A stretch of DNA of 64,000 nucleotides from Candidatus Eiseniibacteriota bacterium (GTDB taxonomy: Bacteria > Eisenbacteria > RBG-16-71-46 > DASYSL01). The notes beneath the pieces are model-generated. The model was not told where the DNA came from and made no database searches. It saw only the letters and a program-made list of their open reading frames with translations. The stretch covers positions 1 to 64,000 of the forward strand of contig JANPEF010000028.1 in the NCBI GenBank assembly GCA_031431875.1, given 5' to 3'. How positions within the stretch are numbered: the first letter of the stretch is position 1; each line of letters begins with the position of its first letter. Shown here in pieces: positions 1 to 12,942 of the stretch. The position numbers were made by a program, and so were the translations under genes.

Positions 1-32
1 GCCGCTGTCCTCAAATCCCGCCCACAAATGGA

Positions 33-63
33 AACGGCCGTGAGCTTTCGCTCGACGGCCGTT
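33..63 (-). terminator. Intrinsic terminator-like hairpin immediately 3' of the tRNA
   Basis: AACGGCCGT-GAGC-tttc-GCTC-g-ACGGCCGTT inverted repeat; the minus strand continues TTTCCATTT. Confidence 0.65.
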
Positions 64-65
64 AT

Positions 66-142
<77 letters not shown>

Positions 143-153
143 TCGATGTCTGC

Positions 154-182
154 ACACTACGGGCCGGGGGGCGGGGCGTCAA
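154..182 (-). promoter_or_regulatory. sigma70-type promoter of the tRNA
   Basis: Minus strand TTGACG-N17-TAGTGT ending 11 nt upstream of the tRNA 5' end. Confidence 0.6.
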
Positions 183-422
183 GCTCCAAGTCCGCTTCGG
201 GCAGGGAGCGGGTCGGCACGCGTCGCTACAAGCTCCAGCCGTCAAAGCACTTGCCCCGGGGGGATTCCGGGTTGCCAACCTCCGGAGGGCAGGCTATCCT
301 GCCGACCTTGCAGGGCTGTCGCCCCACGTCTCGGTCCGCCGGGATGCCTGCCGGGGGGCGACGGATCCATCCCGTACACTTCAATTGGTCGCGCGAGCGG
401 CCCCATGGCGGAGGTCTTCCGG

Positions 423-1226
423 ATGTCGTTTGCCTTCTGGCGCAACCCCGCCCGCACGGCGGTCGTGCTCGGTCTTACCGCGATCACCCTGGGCGCCGTC
501 GTCACCGTGGCCCGTGCCGACGAACAGCGCGTCAACCGGCTCGGCCTCGCGCTGTCGATCATGCCGACCGGCCTCGCGCTCGGGGACGTCAACTCGGCGA
601 TCGACGAGCTCAACCAGCAGACCGGTGCGCTCGGCCCGCCGTTCGGGGCCCAGGCGCCGATCGACCACATCACGTGGGATGGCCTGTGGCAGGCCGAGCT
701 CAAGTACTTCGTCACCCGCAAGGTGGCGGTGATCGCCGGTGTCGGCCAGATCAAGAAGCAGTCGCAGCTCGAACTGCAGCCGGTCGCCGACGGCTACACC
801 CTGATCAATGCCTACGTGCGCTCGATGCCCATCCACCTCGGCGCCGACTACTACTTCGAGCCGCGCACCAGCGGCGACTTCACGTGGCGCCCGTTCGTCG
901 GTGGCGGCTACATGCGCGTCGGCGACACCAAGGTCACCGGCGGTTATGACCTGATCCGCCCGGATTCCACGCTGTCGACGATCGTCACCGGCACCGGCAA
1001 GGGACACGGGTTCTTCGTCGAGGCGGGCACGCACTTCATGTTCCCCTCGCGTTACTCGCTCCTGCTCAACGCAAACTACCGTCGCGCCAAGACCAGCTCG
1101 ATGACCGACAGCGAGACCGGCGAGGCGTTCGAGATCATTCCCGGCGAGGACTTCCAGACCGACATCTCGGGTTTCGGGATTCGCTTCGCGCTGCAGATCA
1201 ACCTGTGGGGCAAGCCGCCCGAATAG
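423..1226 (+). CDS. Outer-membrane beta-barrel protein (OmpW/porin-like)
   Basis: GGAGG before the ATG, signal peptide ending ARA, amphipathic aromatic beta-strands (ELKYF, LGADYYF, RPFVGGGY, LNANYR). Confidence 0.7.
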   Translation: MSFAFWRNPARTAVVLGLTAITLGAVVTVARADEQRVNRLGLALSIMPTGLALGDVNSAIDELNQQTGALGPPFGAQAPIDHITWDGLWQAELKYFVTRKVAVIAGVGQIKKQSQLELQPVADGYTLINAYVRSMPIHLGADYYFEPRTSGDFTWRPFVGGGYMRVGDTKVTGGYDLIRPDSTLSTIVTGTGKGHGFFVEAGTHFMFPSRYSLLLNANYRRAKTSSMTDSETGEAFEIIPGEDFQTDISGFGIRFALQINLWGKPPE

Positions 1227-1238
1227 GGCGGCCTCAGC

Positions 1239-3019
<1,781 letters not shown>

Positions 3020-3034
3020 CTAGCGTGTCCCGCC

Positions 3035-3676
3035 ATGAAACCCGGGGCCGGTCCAGCGCGTAGGGGTGGAGACGACGACGCGAATCTGGTCCGCCGGTGC
3101 CTCAAGGATGACCCGAACGCGTTCCGACTCCTGGTCGAGAAGTACCAGGCCGAGGTCTACGGAACGGCGCTCCGCATCCTGCGCCGTCCCGAGGACGCCG
3201 AGGACCTCACGCAGGAGACGTTCCTGCGGGCTTTCCGGGCCCTCGGCCGGTACGACCCGACCCGGCCGTTCGGCGCCTGGTTGCACACCATCGCCACCCG
3301 GCTGTGCATCGATCATCACCGGAGGAACCGGGCGAAGCTCATCTCGCTCACGCAGCCCGAGGAGGGCACCTCCGGCGAGGAGCGCACCATCGACCTCGAG
3401 GACCCGGGCGACCTGCCCGACGAGGTGGCCGCCAGGGCCGAGCTGGCCGAACGGCTCGAGGCGCTGGTCGCCCAACTGCCGCCCGATTCGCGGGCGGCGA
3501 TCCTGCTGCGGCACCAGCAGGACCTGCCGTACGAAGAGATCGCCCGCGTCCTCGGCGTGCCGCTGGGGACGATCAAGGCCCGGATCCACCGGGCGCGCAT
3601 CATGCTCAAGGAGAAGCTCCTCGCCCAGGGGGACATCCCGTGGGACGGGGACGAAGCCGAGGACTCGACGCCGTGA
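3035..3676 (+). CDS. ECF RNA polymerase sigma factor (SigW/RpoE-like)
   Basis: DAEDLTQETFLRAF, FGAWLHTIA, YEEIARVLGVPLGTIKARIHRAR. Confidence 0.95.
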   Translation: MKPGAGPARRGGDDDANLVRRCLKDDPNAFRLLVEKYQAEVYGTALRILRRPEDAEDLTQETFLRAFRALGRYDPTRPFGAWLHTIATRLCIDHHRRNRAKLISLTQPEEGTSGEERTIDLEDPGDLPDEVAARAELAERLEALVAQLPPDSRAAILLRHQQDLPYEEIARVLGVPLGTIKARIHRARIMLKEKLLAQGDIPWDGDEAEDSTP

Positions 3677-4365
3677 CCCCGAAGCGCACGACCCCAGCCG
3701 CCGATCGCCGGACCGCGCACCTGACCGCGCAGCCCGGCCTCCTGCTGCGCTGGCTCGACGGCGAACTCGCCGGCGCGGAGCGCACCCGGGTTGCCGCGCA
3801 CCTCGCTCACTGTCCCGACTGCGCCGCCGAGGCCCGCGCCTTCCGCGCCCTCTTCGCCGGCCTCGCCGAGCTGCCCGCCACGCCGTTCGCGCCGTCGCCG
3901 TTCCTGGCCGACCGCATCGTGGCCGCTGTTGCCGCCGACCGGGCCGCGCGGGCTGCCGCTCGCCCGCGCTGGATCCAGATCGCCGGTGTGGCCTACACGG
4001 GCTCGGCCGCCGCGTTGCTCGCTGCCGGAGTCGTCGCCTTCGCCTCGCCGTGGCGGGAGATGGTCACGGTCGGCCTGCGCGATGCGTTCTCGGCCCTGCT
4101 GTCGGGCTCGGTGGGCGCCTTCGTCGGCGCATTCGACCGCGCCATGTCGCTGCTGTCGCTGGGCCTGCGCGCGCGCGAGTTCGCCGCCCAGGCCCTGGTT
4201 CCCCTCGCTCCCCTCGGGCGCTCGCTCGAAGTCGTCGCCGCTCAACCCGAACTGCGCGCCGGATTCGCCGTCGCGCTCGTGCTCTCGACCGTGCTGTGGT
4301 GGATGATCGACCGCCGCACGGTCGCGGGGCAGGGGAGGATGAACGATGTCTCCGCGTTCATTTAG
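3673..4365 (+). CDS. Zinc-finger (ZAS, zf-HC2) membrane anti-sigma factor
   Basis: HLAHCPDC (HxxxCxxC) motif followed by TM segments; start overlaps the sigma gene stop. Confidence 0.88.
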   Translation: MTPKRTTPAADRRTAHLTAQPGLLLRWLDGELAGAERTRVAAHLAHCPDCAAEARAFRALFAGLAELPATPFAPSPFLADRIVAAVAADRAARAAARPRWIQIAGVAYTGSAAALLAAGVVAFASPWREMVTVGLRDAFSALLSGSVGAFVGAFDRAMSLLSLGLRAREFAAQALVPLAPLGRSLEVVAAQPELRAGFAVALVLSTVLWWMIDRRTVAGQGRMNDVSAFI

Positions 4366-5518
4366 CACGCACCACGCCCCGTCGCGGGGCCTGTTCATCG
4401 CACTGTCCGCTGTGGCCTTCGCCGCCGCGCTGCTGCCCGCCGCGGCCGCAGACGCGAAGGTCACCATCCGCAAGTCGACCGACCGCGACACCACGATCGT
4501 CCGCGAGATCACGATCGACGACGAGGGGATCCGCGTCGTCGGCAGCAACAAGGACCTGGTCCTGCCCGGCGTCAACGTCGACGGTGAGGACATCACGGTG
4601 GTCGGCTTCGACGACTCGCTGCGCGGCGTCGCGGTCCACATGCGCAACGAGAGCGAGATCGTCCAGTTCTTCAAGGACGTGACCATCGAGAAGGGCGAGA
4701 GCGCCGGCGACGTCGTCGCGCTGTTCGGCAACGTGAAGAACTTCGGCGTGATCAGCGGCGACTGCGTGGCGATCCTGGGCTCGATCGAGCAGGGTGACTC
4801 GGCGGTCATCGCGGGCGACGCGGTCTCGATCGGCGGCGCGATCCGCGAGCTGGGCTCGGGGGCGCGGGTCGAGGGCCAGACCGTCTCGATCGGCTTCCTG
4901 CCGTTCGCCGGCTTCGCCTTTCCGTCGGTGCCTCTGCTGTTGTTCTTCGGGCTGTTCGCCTACGCGCTGTTCGTCGGCCTGGCTGCCCTGTTCGGGCGCC
5001 TGTTCCCCGAGCGGATCGTGGGCATGGCGCGGACCATTTCCCGGCGAACGTTCCTGTCGCTGGTCCTCGGGCTGCTCTCCGGTCCCCTGGCGCTGATGCT
5101 CGCGTTGCTGCTGCTGGTCACCGTGATCGGGATCCCGCTGGCGCTGCTGCTGCCGCTGCTCTACGCGCTGGCCGCATTCGTCGGCTACGTCGCCTCGGCC
5201 TACCTGCTCGGCTGCAAACTGCTGCGCCGGCCGCTTGATCCCAGGGGCGGAATGCTCGCCCCGATCGCCGCGGGGACCGGGTTCGTCACGCTGTTCTTCG
5301 TGCTCGGCGTTCCGCTCATCGCCTTCGAGGGTGGGTTCCGCATGTTCGGCTTCGCGCTGCTCGCGCTGTGGCTCGTGATCGGGAAGGTCTGCTGGATGCT
5401 CGGCTTCGGGGCACTGCTTCTGTCGCGCCTGGGCCAGGACGACAGTCCGACCGCCGCCGCCGCGGGCACGATCCCTGCATCGCCGCCGTATCCGGCGCCG
5501 AATCCGCAGACGATGTAG
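4346..5518 (+). CDS. Membrane protein with bactofilin-like (polymer-forming) beta-helical repeats and multi-TM C-terminus
   Basis: Signal peptide, repeats GDVVALFGNV/GDCVAILGSI/GDAVSIGGAI, several TM helices; typical ECF/anti-sigma operon partner. Confidence 0.75.
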   Translation: MSPRSFSTHHAPSRGLFIALSAVAFAAALLPAAAADAKVTIRKSTDRDTTIVREITIDDEGIRVVGSNKDLVLPGVNVDGEDITVVGFDDSLRGVAVHMRNESEIVQFFKDVTIEKGESAGDVVALFGNVKNFGVISGDCVAILGSIEQGDSAVIAGDAVSIGGAIRELGSGARVEGQTVSIGFLPFAGFAFPSVPLLLFFGLFAYALFVGLAALFGRLFPERIVGMARTISRRTFLSLVLGLLSGPLALMLALLLLVTVIGIPLALLLPLLYALAAFVGYVASAYLLGCKLLRRPLDPRGGMLAPIAAGTGFVTLFFVLGVPLIAFEGGFRMFGFALLALWLVIGKVCWMLGFGALLLSRLGQDDSPTAAAAGTIPASPPYPAPNPQTM

Positions 5519-5757
5519 CGAACGATTCATCGCGTCGGCTGGGCGAACTTTCCCAGCGCGGCCCCGAAGTCTGGGGGAACTCCCCCGATTTCGGGGCCGT
5601 TTCATTGGGAAACGGCGTGTTTTCGACTGCTTCCCCGGCTCCTCAACTTCGCTTCAACTTGCGTTCGAATCGATAGTTGCGTCTCGCTTCGAACCCTTGC
5701 CGCTCGCTTCGCTCGCGGCGTAATCATGCTGGCACACTTCCTGTTATAGCCATCTGC

Positions 5758-6837
5758 ATGCGCCTCCGTCGTGCGATTGGTCGTGGTTCGAGGTCCGGTG
5801 CGTCGCACGCCAACTGTCTCCCCCTCGCGACCGCGCTCGTAGGTTCGTGCGCGGTCCTGTGTGCCGCCGGAGGATCCGCGGCGGAGGTTCGCATCGTCGG
5901 TGTCGAGGAAGTGCGGGCACGGTTCTGTCGCGAGGACGGGGGCCGCCTGTACCTGACACTCCCCGGGTTCGCGCCCGAGGAACTGGTCACTTCGACCGAC
6001 GACCCTGCCGTCGCCAATCCGGGCGACGGCGCGTTCCACCCGCTCGATCGTGGAGCGGTCGAGGCTGCCATCGCAGGCCTCGACTTCCCGGTCGACCGTG
6101 TGGACGCCGCGGTGTACGTCCTGCCGTATCCGAGACGGGCGGGTCTCGAGTCGGCGGCGTCCCACGGCGCCATTCTTCTCGCTCCGGGCACCCTGCCCGT
6201 TCCGGCGACGACGGTGCATGCCGTCGTCGCCCACGAGTTCGGGCACGTCGTCCAGTACGCCTTCGCACCCGAAGGCAGCCCGGCGTGGAGCGCCTACCTG
6301 CAGCTGCGCGCAGTCCGGGTCGACGGGTCCTCTGCGGAGGGGATCCCGGGCGACCTCGCGCACGCCGACCGGCCGCGCGAAATCTTCGCCGAGGACTTCC
6401 GCGCGCTGCTCGGCAGCCTCGAGGCCCGCGGCGACGGCAGTGTCGAGAACGCCGTCCTCGCTGCGCCGGCCACCATCGAAGGCCTGGCCGAGTTCCTCGC
6501 GGACCTGCCCGAGCGCGCCCGTCGTACCGCGCTCACGGCGTCGTTCGCCGCCGGCCGCCCGGTGGCCGCCTTCCCCAACCCGTTCCGCACTGCAGTCACC
6601 ATCACCGCGGCCCCGGCCCTGGCCATCGGGGCGCTGCCGACCGGGCGCAGGTTCCGCATTGTCGACGCCCGCGGTCGCGTGGTGCGTCGCGAGTCCGTGC
6701 CGGTCGCCGGCGACGGGACCGCCACGTGGCGCTGGGATGGACGGGGGGACGGGGGCATCGAACTGGCGGCGGGTTCGTACTTCGTGCAGGCCGAAGGGGA
6801 GTCAGGTCGGGCGACCCGGATCGTGCTCGGCCGCTAG
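5758..6837 (+). CDS. Putative secreted zinc metallopeptidase with C-terminal FlgD-Ig/T9SS-like domain
   Basis: HEFGH zincin motif, downstream EIFAEDF, C-terminal AFPNPF...WRWDG...GSYF; start codon uncertain. Confidence 0.7.
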   Translation: MRLRRAIGRGSRSGASHANCLPLATALVGSCAVLCAAGGSAAEVRIVGVEEVRARFCREDGGRLYLTLPGFAPEELVTSTDDPAVANPGDGAFHPLDRGAVEAAIAGLDFPVDRVDAAVYVLPYPRRAGLESAASHGAILLAPGTLPVPATTVHAVVAHEFGHVVQYAFAPEGSPAWSAYLQLRAVRVDGSSAEGIPGDLAHADRPREIFAEDFRALLGSLEARGDGSVENAVLAAPATIEGLAEFLADLPERARRTALTASFAAGRPVAAFPNPFRTAVTITAAPALAIGALPTGRRFRIVDARGRVVRRESVPVAGDGTATWRWDGRGDGGIELAAGSYFVQAEGESGRATRIVLGR

Positions 6838-6842
6838 GCGCT

Positions 6843-7307
6843 CTATCCCAGGCGCTCCTTCGTCGCATCGAGACTCCGCGCCGCGAATCGGTGCGGCCCG
6901 ACCCCCGGCAGCTCGTAGACCTCGCCGACCGCCGCGTATCCCAGCGCAAAGTAGAACGGTAGCGCATCGACGCGGGCGTTGAACCACATCCGCGTCCCCC
7001 CGTGCGCGCGTGCGTGTGCCTCGCCGGCGGCGACCAGCGCGGCGCCGACGCCCTTCCGGCGCGCTTCGGGCGCGACGGCCATCCCGCGCAGTCGCCAGTC
7101 TCCCGGGTCATCGGGCGCGCCCTCGGGGGACATCCGGTAGATGGACGCCACGCCCAGCAGCATGTTGCCGTCGAACCAGCCGACATGCAGGCTCAGCGGC
7201 GCGTCGTCGCCGGGGTAGACGAGTTCGTGCTCGGCCTGGTTGGGCCGCAGGATCGCCCGGCGGAGCGGGCGGGTCTCGGCGGCGCTGATGGCGCGGACGG
7301 GATTCAT
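6843..7307 (-). CDS. GNAT family acetyltransferase
   Basis: LRGMAVAPEARRKGVG acetyl-CoA motif A, NARVDALPFY. Confidence 0.9.
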   Translation of the reverse strand: MNPVRAISAAETRPLRRAILRPNQAEHELVYPGDDAPLSLHVGWFDGNMLLGVASIYRMSPEGAPDDPGDWRLRGMAVAPEARRKGVGAALVAAGEAHARAHGGTRMWFNARVDALPFYFALGYAAVGEVYELPGVGPHRFAARSLDATKERLG

Positions 7308-7360
7308 GGCGCGCATTCTAGCGCGCCGCGGGGCGGCCGTGCCGCGCTAGACTGCCCCCC

Positions 7361-9523
7361 ATGAGCGAACCTGAGCGCGCCTCGATCCGCAACCTCCTCG
7401 CCCCCCGTTCCGTCGCCGTCCTCGGCGCCTCGCGCCGCCCCGATTCGATCGGTGGCGCGGTCTTCGCGAACCTCCTCCGCCACGGCTTCCGCGGGCCCGT
7501 CTACCCGATCAACCCGTCGGCCGACCACGTGCAATCGGTTCGCGCTTACGCGTCGCTGGCCGACGTGCCCGGACCGGTCGACCTCGCGGTGATCACCGTG
7601 CCGCGCGCCAAGGTTCTCGCCGCGGCGCGCGACTGTGCCGCGCACGGCGTGCGCGGGATGGTCGTGATCACGGCCGGCTTCCGGGAGGTGGGCGAGGAGG
7701 GCCGGCGGCTCGAGGATGAGGTGCTCGCGGTCGTGCGCGCCGCGGGCATGCGCATGGTCGGCCCGAACTGCCTCGGCATCCTCAACGCCGATCCCGCCGT
7801 CGCGCTCGATGCCACGTTCGCGCCGACGTGGCCGCGGCCCGGCGGGGTCGCGATCTCCTCGCAGAGCGGGGCGCTCGGGCTCGCCATCCTCGACCTGGCG
7901 AACGAGCTCGGCGTGGGGATCTCCTCGTTCCTGTCGATCGGGAACAAGGCCGATGTCTCGGGCAACGACCTGATCGAGTACTGGGAGAACGACCCGAACA
8001 CGAAGGTGATCCTGCTCTACCTCGAGTCGTTCGGGAATCCGCGCCGCTTCACCCAGCTGGCGCGCCGCATCGGACGCGTGAAGCCGATCCTCGCCGTGAA
8101 GTCCGGTCGCACGGCCGCAGGCGGGCGCGCCGCGCAGTCGCACACCGGCGCGCTCGCCGGGACCGACCTCGCGGTCGAGGCGCTGTTCCGCCAGGCGGGC
8201 GTGCTGCGCACCGAGACGATCGAGGAACAGTTCGACACCGCGCTCCTGCTCGCGCACCAGCCGCTGCCACGTGGGCCGCGCCTGGCGATCCTCACCAACG
8301 CCGGCGGGCCCGGGATCATGGCGGCCGACGCCTGCGAGGGCGCCGGCCTCGTGATCCCCGCGCTCGATCCCGCGACCGAGCGCGGCTTCCGCGAGTTCCT
8401 GGCGCCCGAGGCCACGACCCGGAACCCGGTCGACATGATCGCCTCCGCCCGCCCGGAGTCGTTCGAACGCGGCGTGCGCCGGCTCGTCGCCGATTCGAAC
8501 GTCGACTCGGTGCTCGCCATCTTCGTCCCGCCCGTCGGCACCGACGCACCCGACGTCGCGCGCGGGCTGCTCGCCGGGGCGACCGCCGCGCGCGAGGCCG
8601 GCAAGCCGCTGCTGGCGTGCTTCATGGGCAGCCACGGCATTCCAGAGAGCCTGCGCTCGCTGCAGGAAGGACACGTGCCGTCGTACTCGTTCCCCGAGGC
8701 GGCAGCGCGCGCGCTCGGCCGTGTCGTGCGCTACGCGGCGTGGCGGGCCCGGCCCGAGGGGCGCCTCGCCGACCTGGCAGGGATCGACGCCAGCGCTGGA
8801 GCGCGGGCCGTTGCCCGCGCGCAGTCGAGGCTCGGGGCCGACGGCGGATGGATGCCACCGGACGACGTCGAGGCGTTGCTCGTCGCCTACGGCCTGCGCA
8901 CGCCGCCGTCGCAGGTGGCCACGGACGTGGCGGGTGCGGTCGCGGCGGCGCGCGCGATCGGCTACCCGGTGGCGCTCAAGCTGGTGAGCGAGACGCTGAC
9001 GCACAAGTCGGATGTGGGAGGCGTGCGGCTCGGCCTCGCAGACGATGCGGCCGTCGCCGACGGGTGGGCGCGCCTGGTCGCCGCACTCGCGGTCCATGGA
9101 GAGGTGGCGGCGATGCGCGGCGGGCTCGTCCAGCCGATGGTGACCGGGACGTTCGAGGCGGTGATCGGCATGACGCTCGACCCGCAGTTCGGGCCGCTGC
9201 TCATGGCAGGACTGGGCGGGAAGTGGGTCGAGCTGCATCACGACGTCGCGTTCCGGCTCCATCCCCTGACCCTCGAGGACGCAACCGAAATGGTCGACGC
9301 GCTCCGTGCGCGCGTGCTGTTCGCGGGCTACCGCGGAGCGCCGGCGGGTGATCGCGCCGCGTTCGAGGATGCGCTGCTGCGCGTGTCGCGACTGGTCGGG
9401 GATCGGCCGGAGATCGTCGAGCTCGACCTCAACCCGGTCGTCGTCGGCGAACCGGGATGCGGCGTCACCGCCGTCGACGCGCGGGTCAGGGTGTCGGGCG
9501 CGGAACCAGCTCCCCGCGGGTAA
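7361..9523 (+). CDS. Acyl-CoA synthetase (NDP-forming) / acetate-CoA ligase, fused alpha-beta
   Basis: SVAVLGAS, GPNCLG, SQSGA, SHTGALAG (catalytic His), TNAGGPG, ATP-grasp HKSDVGGV, ELDLNP. Confidence 0.93.
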   Translation: MSEPERASIRNLLAPRSVAVLGASRRPDSIGGAVFANLLRHGFRGPVYPINPSADHVQSVRAYASLADVPGPVDLAVITVPRAKVLAAARDCAAHGVRGMVVITAGFREVGEEGRRLEDEVLAVVRAAGMRMVGPNCLGILNADPAVALDATFAPTWPRPGGVAISSQSGALGLAILDLANELGVGISSFLSIGNKADVSGNDLIEYWENDPNTKVILLYLESFGNPRRFTQLARRIGRVKPILAVKSGRTAAGGRAAQSHTGALAGTDLAVEALFRQAGVLRTETIEEQFDTALLLAHQPLPRGPRLAILTNAGGPGIMAADACEGAGLVIPALDPATERGFREFLAPEATTRNPVDMIASARPESFERGVRRLVADSNVDSVLAIFVPPVGTDAPDVARGLLAGATAAREAGKPLLACFMGSHGIPESLRSLQEGHVPSYSFPEAAARALGRVVRYAAWRARPEGRLADLAGIDASAGARAVARAQSRLGADGGWMPPDDVEALLVAYGLRTPPSQVATDVAGAVAAARAIGYPVALKLVSETLTHKSDVGGVRLGLADDAAVADGWARLVAALAVHGEVAAMRGGLVQPMVTGTFEAVIGMTLDPQFGPLLMAGLGGKWVELHHDVAFRLHPLTLEDATEMVDALRARVLFAGYRGAPAGDRAAFEDALLRVSRLVGDRPEIVELDLNPVVVGEPGCGVTAVDARVRVSGAEPAPRG

Positions 9524-10154
9524 ACGTGCCGCCGCGGAACTGCGCGACCTCGTTGCCGAAGCCCGACAGGTTTGCCAGCACGACCATCATGGACTTCGGC
9601 AGCCGCGCGATCGAGCCCGGCCCGGGCTTGCCGGCGCGCTTCGCCTCACCCGACAGCCAGCCCTCGACTTCCTCGATGTCCTCGGCGCTGAGGGGCTTCA
9701 CCTCGACCCGCGCGATCACGTAGTGCCGCGCGACCGGTTCCATCGTGGTGGCGGGCACCAGGCGCACGCGCATGGGACGCGCGAGCTGGTAATCGACCTC
9801 CTCGAGGTCGGGGACGGTGATCCGCGGCCCGACATCGCGCTGCATCTGGTACTCGTCGGACCACGCGTCGCGGGCGATCCGGATCTCGGTCTGCTGGAGA
9901 TGCACGCGCTGGTCGAACCAGCCCGGGCGCACGCGCCACAGCTCGACCGAGAGCTGCACGGTCGCCGGCATGCCGCGCTCGAGCGAGCTGCGCACGCGGG
10001 GCGACAGCGCCGCGGCCGTGCGCAGGGCGACGGTCACGTCCTGCTCGAGGAGCAGGACGCGGGCATCGCGGATCTCGACCGCCCGAGCCAGCGTCGGCAC
10101 GACGCTGCATACTGCGATCATGAGGATGAGAACCAGCGGGCGGGACACGTGCAC
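9486..10154 (-). CDS. DUF4390-like exported protein
   Basis: Signal peptide, SLERGMPATVQLSVELWRVRPGWFD motif; in ntrYX-like operon; GTG start approximate. Confidence 0.65.
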   Translation of the reverse strand: MHVSRPLVLILMIAVCSVVPTLARAVEIRDARVLLLEQDVTVALRTAAALSPRVRSSLERGMPATVQLSVELWRVRPGWFDQRVHLQQTEIRIARDAWSDEYQMQRDVGPRITVPDLEEVDYQLARPMRVRLVPATTMEPVARHYVIARVEVKPLSAEDIEEVEGWLSGEAKRAGKPGPGSIARLPKSMMVVLANLSGFGNEVAQFRGGTFTRGELVPRPTP

Positions 10155-10162
10155 GCGCCGGC

Positions 10163-11490
10163 TCAGTAGGTCTGCGCCACGCGAACGGTCCAGTGCACGG
10201 CCGCGTTGTCGCTGCGCAAGTCCTTGCCCGCGTACACGCGGAGGCGCTCGTCGGTCGTGCCGGCCCCCAGACCCACGTTCCAGGCGGGCCGCTGCTGCGC
10301 GAGGTCCCAGTGTGCGGCATGCCAGGCGATGCCCAGGTCCGAGAACGCGACCAGGGACAGGCCGGTCTTCACGGCGACGTTCTTGCTGGAGCGACGCAGC
10401 ACCTCCCACGCCCAGTCGGCGTTCCACAGGAACAGGTGTTCGCCGCGGAGCTGCCGGAACGGGGTGGCGCGCAGCGTCCCCACGCCCCCGATGGCGAACG
10501 AGCGCTGCAGTGGCAGCAGGTCCTCGTTGCCCGAGGTCCCCAGCATCAGGCGCGTCTTCAGGCGATGCGACGGCGACGGCGAGACGTAGGCGCGAAAGTC
10601 GCCCATCCAGCGGTGGAACGTGAAGTCGCCGTCGAACGAGCCACCCGCGGCCTCCATCTCCACGCGATGCCACATCCCGCTGCGCGGCACGTCCTTGCTC
10701 GAGCGCGAATCGTAGCCCGCACCCAGCGTGACCGACTGGACGCGTCCGTCGTCGATCGCGGGGTTCTCGCGCATCGGCTCGTGCTGGCGAAACGCAGGGG
10801 AGATGCCGTCGGCCAGGCGCGTGATCGACGTGTAATCGTCCGCTTTCCAGTACGCGCTCGCGGACCAGCGCAGGCCCAGGTCGGCGTCGATCCCGGCCGA
10901 GAAGCCCGAGCGCTCGAACCAGTCCCGGTAATCCCAGCGGAGAGCCCAGGTGGCGACGGCGTTCTCGACCGCGCCGATCTGGCCGAATCCGTCGTCGTCG
11001 GTCCTCCGGTAGAGGGCAAGCCCCAGCCGCACGGCGCGCGATTCGACGAGCGGCTGGTCGAGGCTCATGGAGTAGAGCATGCGCCCGTCCCCGCTGTCGG
11101 TCTGGCGCTGGAAGGCGCGGGCGACGCGGATCTTCATGCCGGGCCGCATGCCGATCGTCGGCGCGTAGAGCATGTCGAGGCCCAGCGTCCACTGGTCGAC
11201 GCGGTTGTAGTCGACGTACGGGCGCAGCTGTCCGCCCTTTTCCTTCGGCGCGGCGTCCTCCTCGACGGGCAGGTCGGCGAACGGATCGTCGTCGCCGAAG
11301 TCGGTCGCGGCGGCGCCGGCTCCGGCCGCGGTGGCGCCACCGATCTCGACCCAACCCGTGTCGGCATCGGCGCTGCCCTCGCCGGCGGTGTCCTGCGCCG
11401 ATGCCGGGAGCGCGACGAGCAGCAACGCGACGGCGGTCGCGCCGGCCACTCCGAGCCCGTGTCGCCTCGAACCTCTCCGCGTCCTCTGGT

Positions 11491-11494
<4 letters not shown>
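10163..11494 (-). CDS. Omp85/BamA-TamA-like outer-membrane barrel protein
   Basis: Signal peptide, YDSR, FAIGGVGTLRAT (resembles Omp85 GGxxxLRG loop), C-terminal aromatic residue (QTY). Confidence 0.7.

Positions 11495-12938
<1,444 letters not shown>

Positions 12939-12942
<4 letters not shown>

Noticed and set aside
6843..9523. GNAT plus acyl-CoA synthetase as a split Pat protein acetyltransferase
   Set aside because: The synthetase retains the catalytic His (SHTG) and the genes are divergent; nothing links them beyond adjacency
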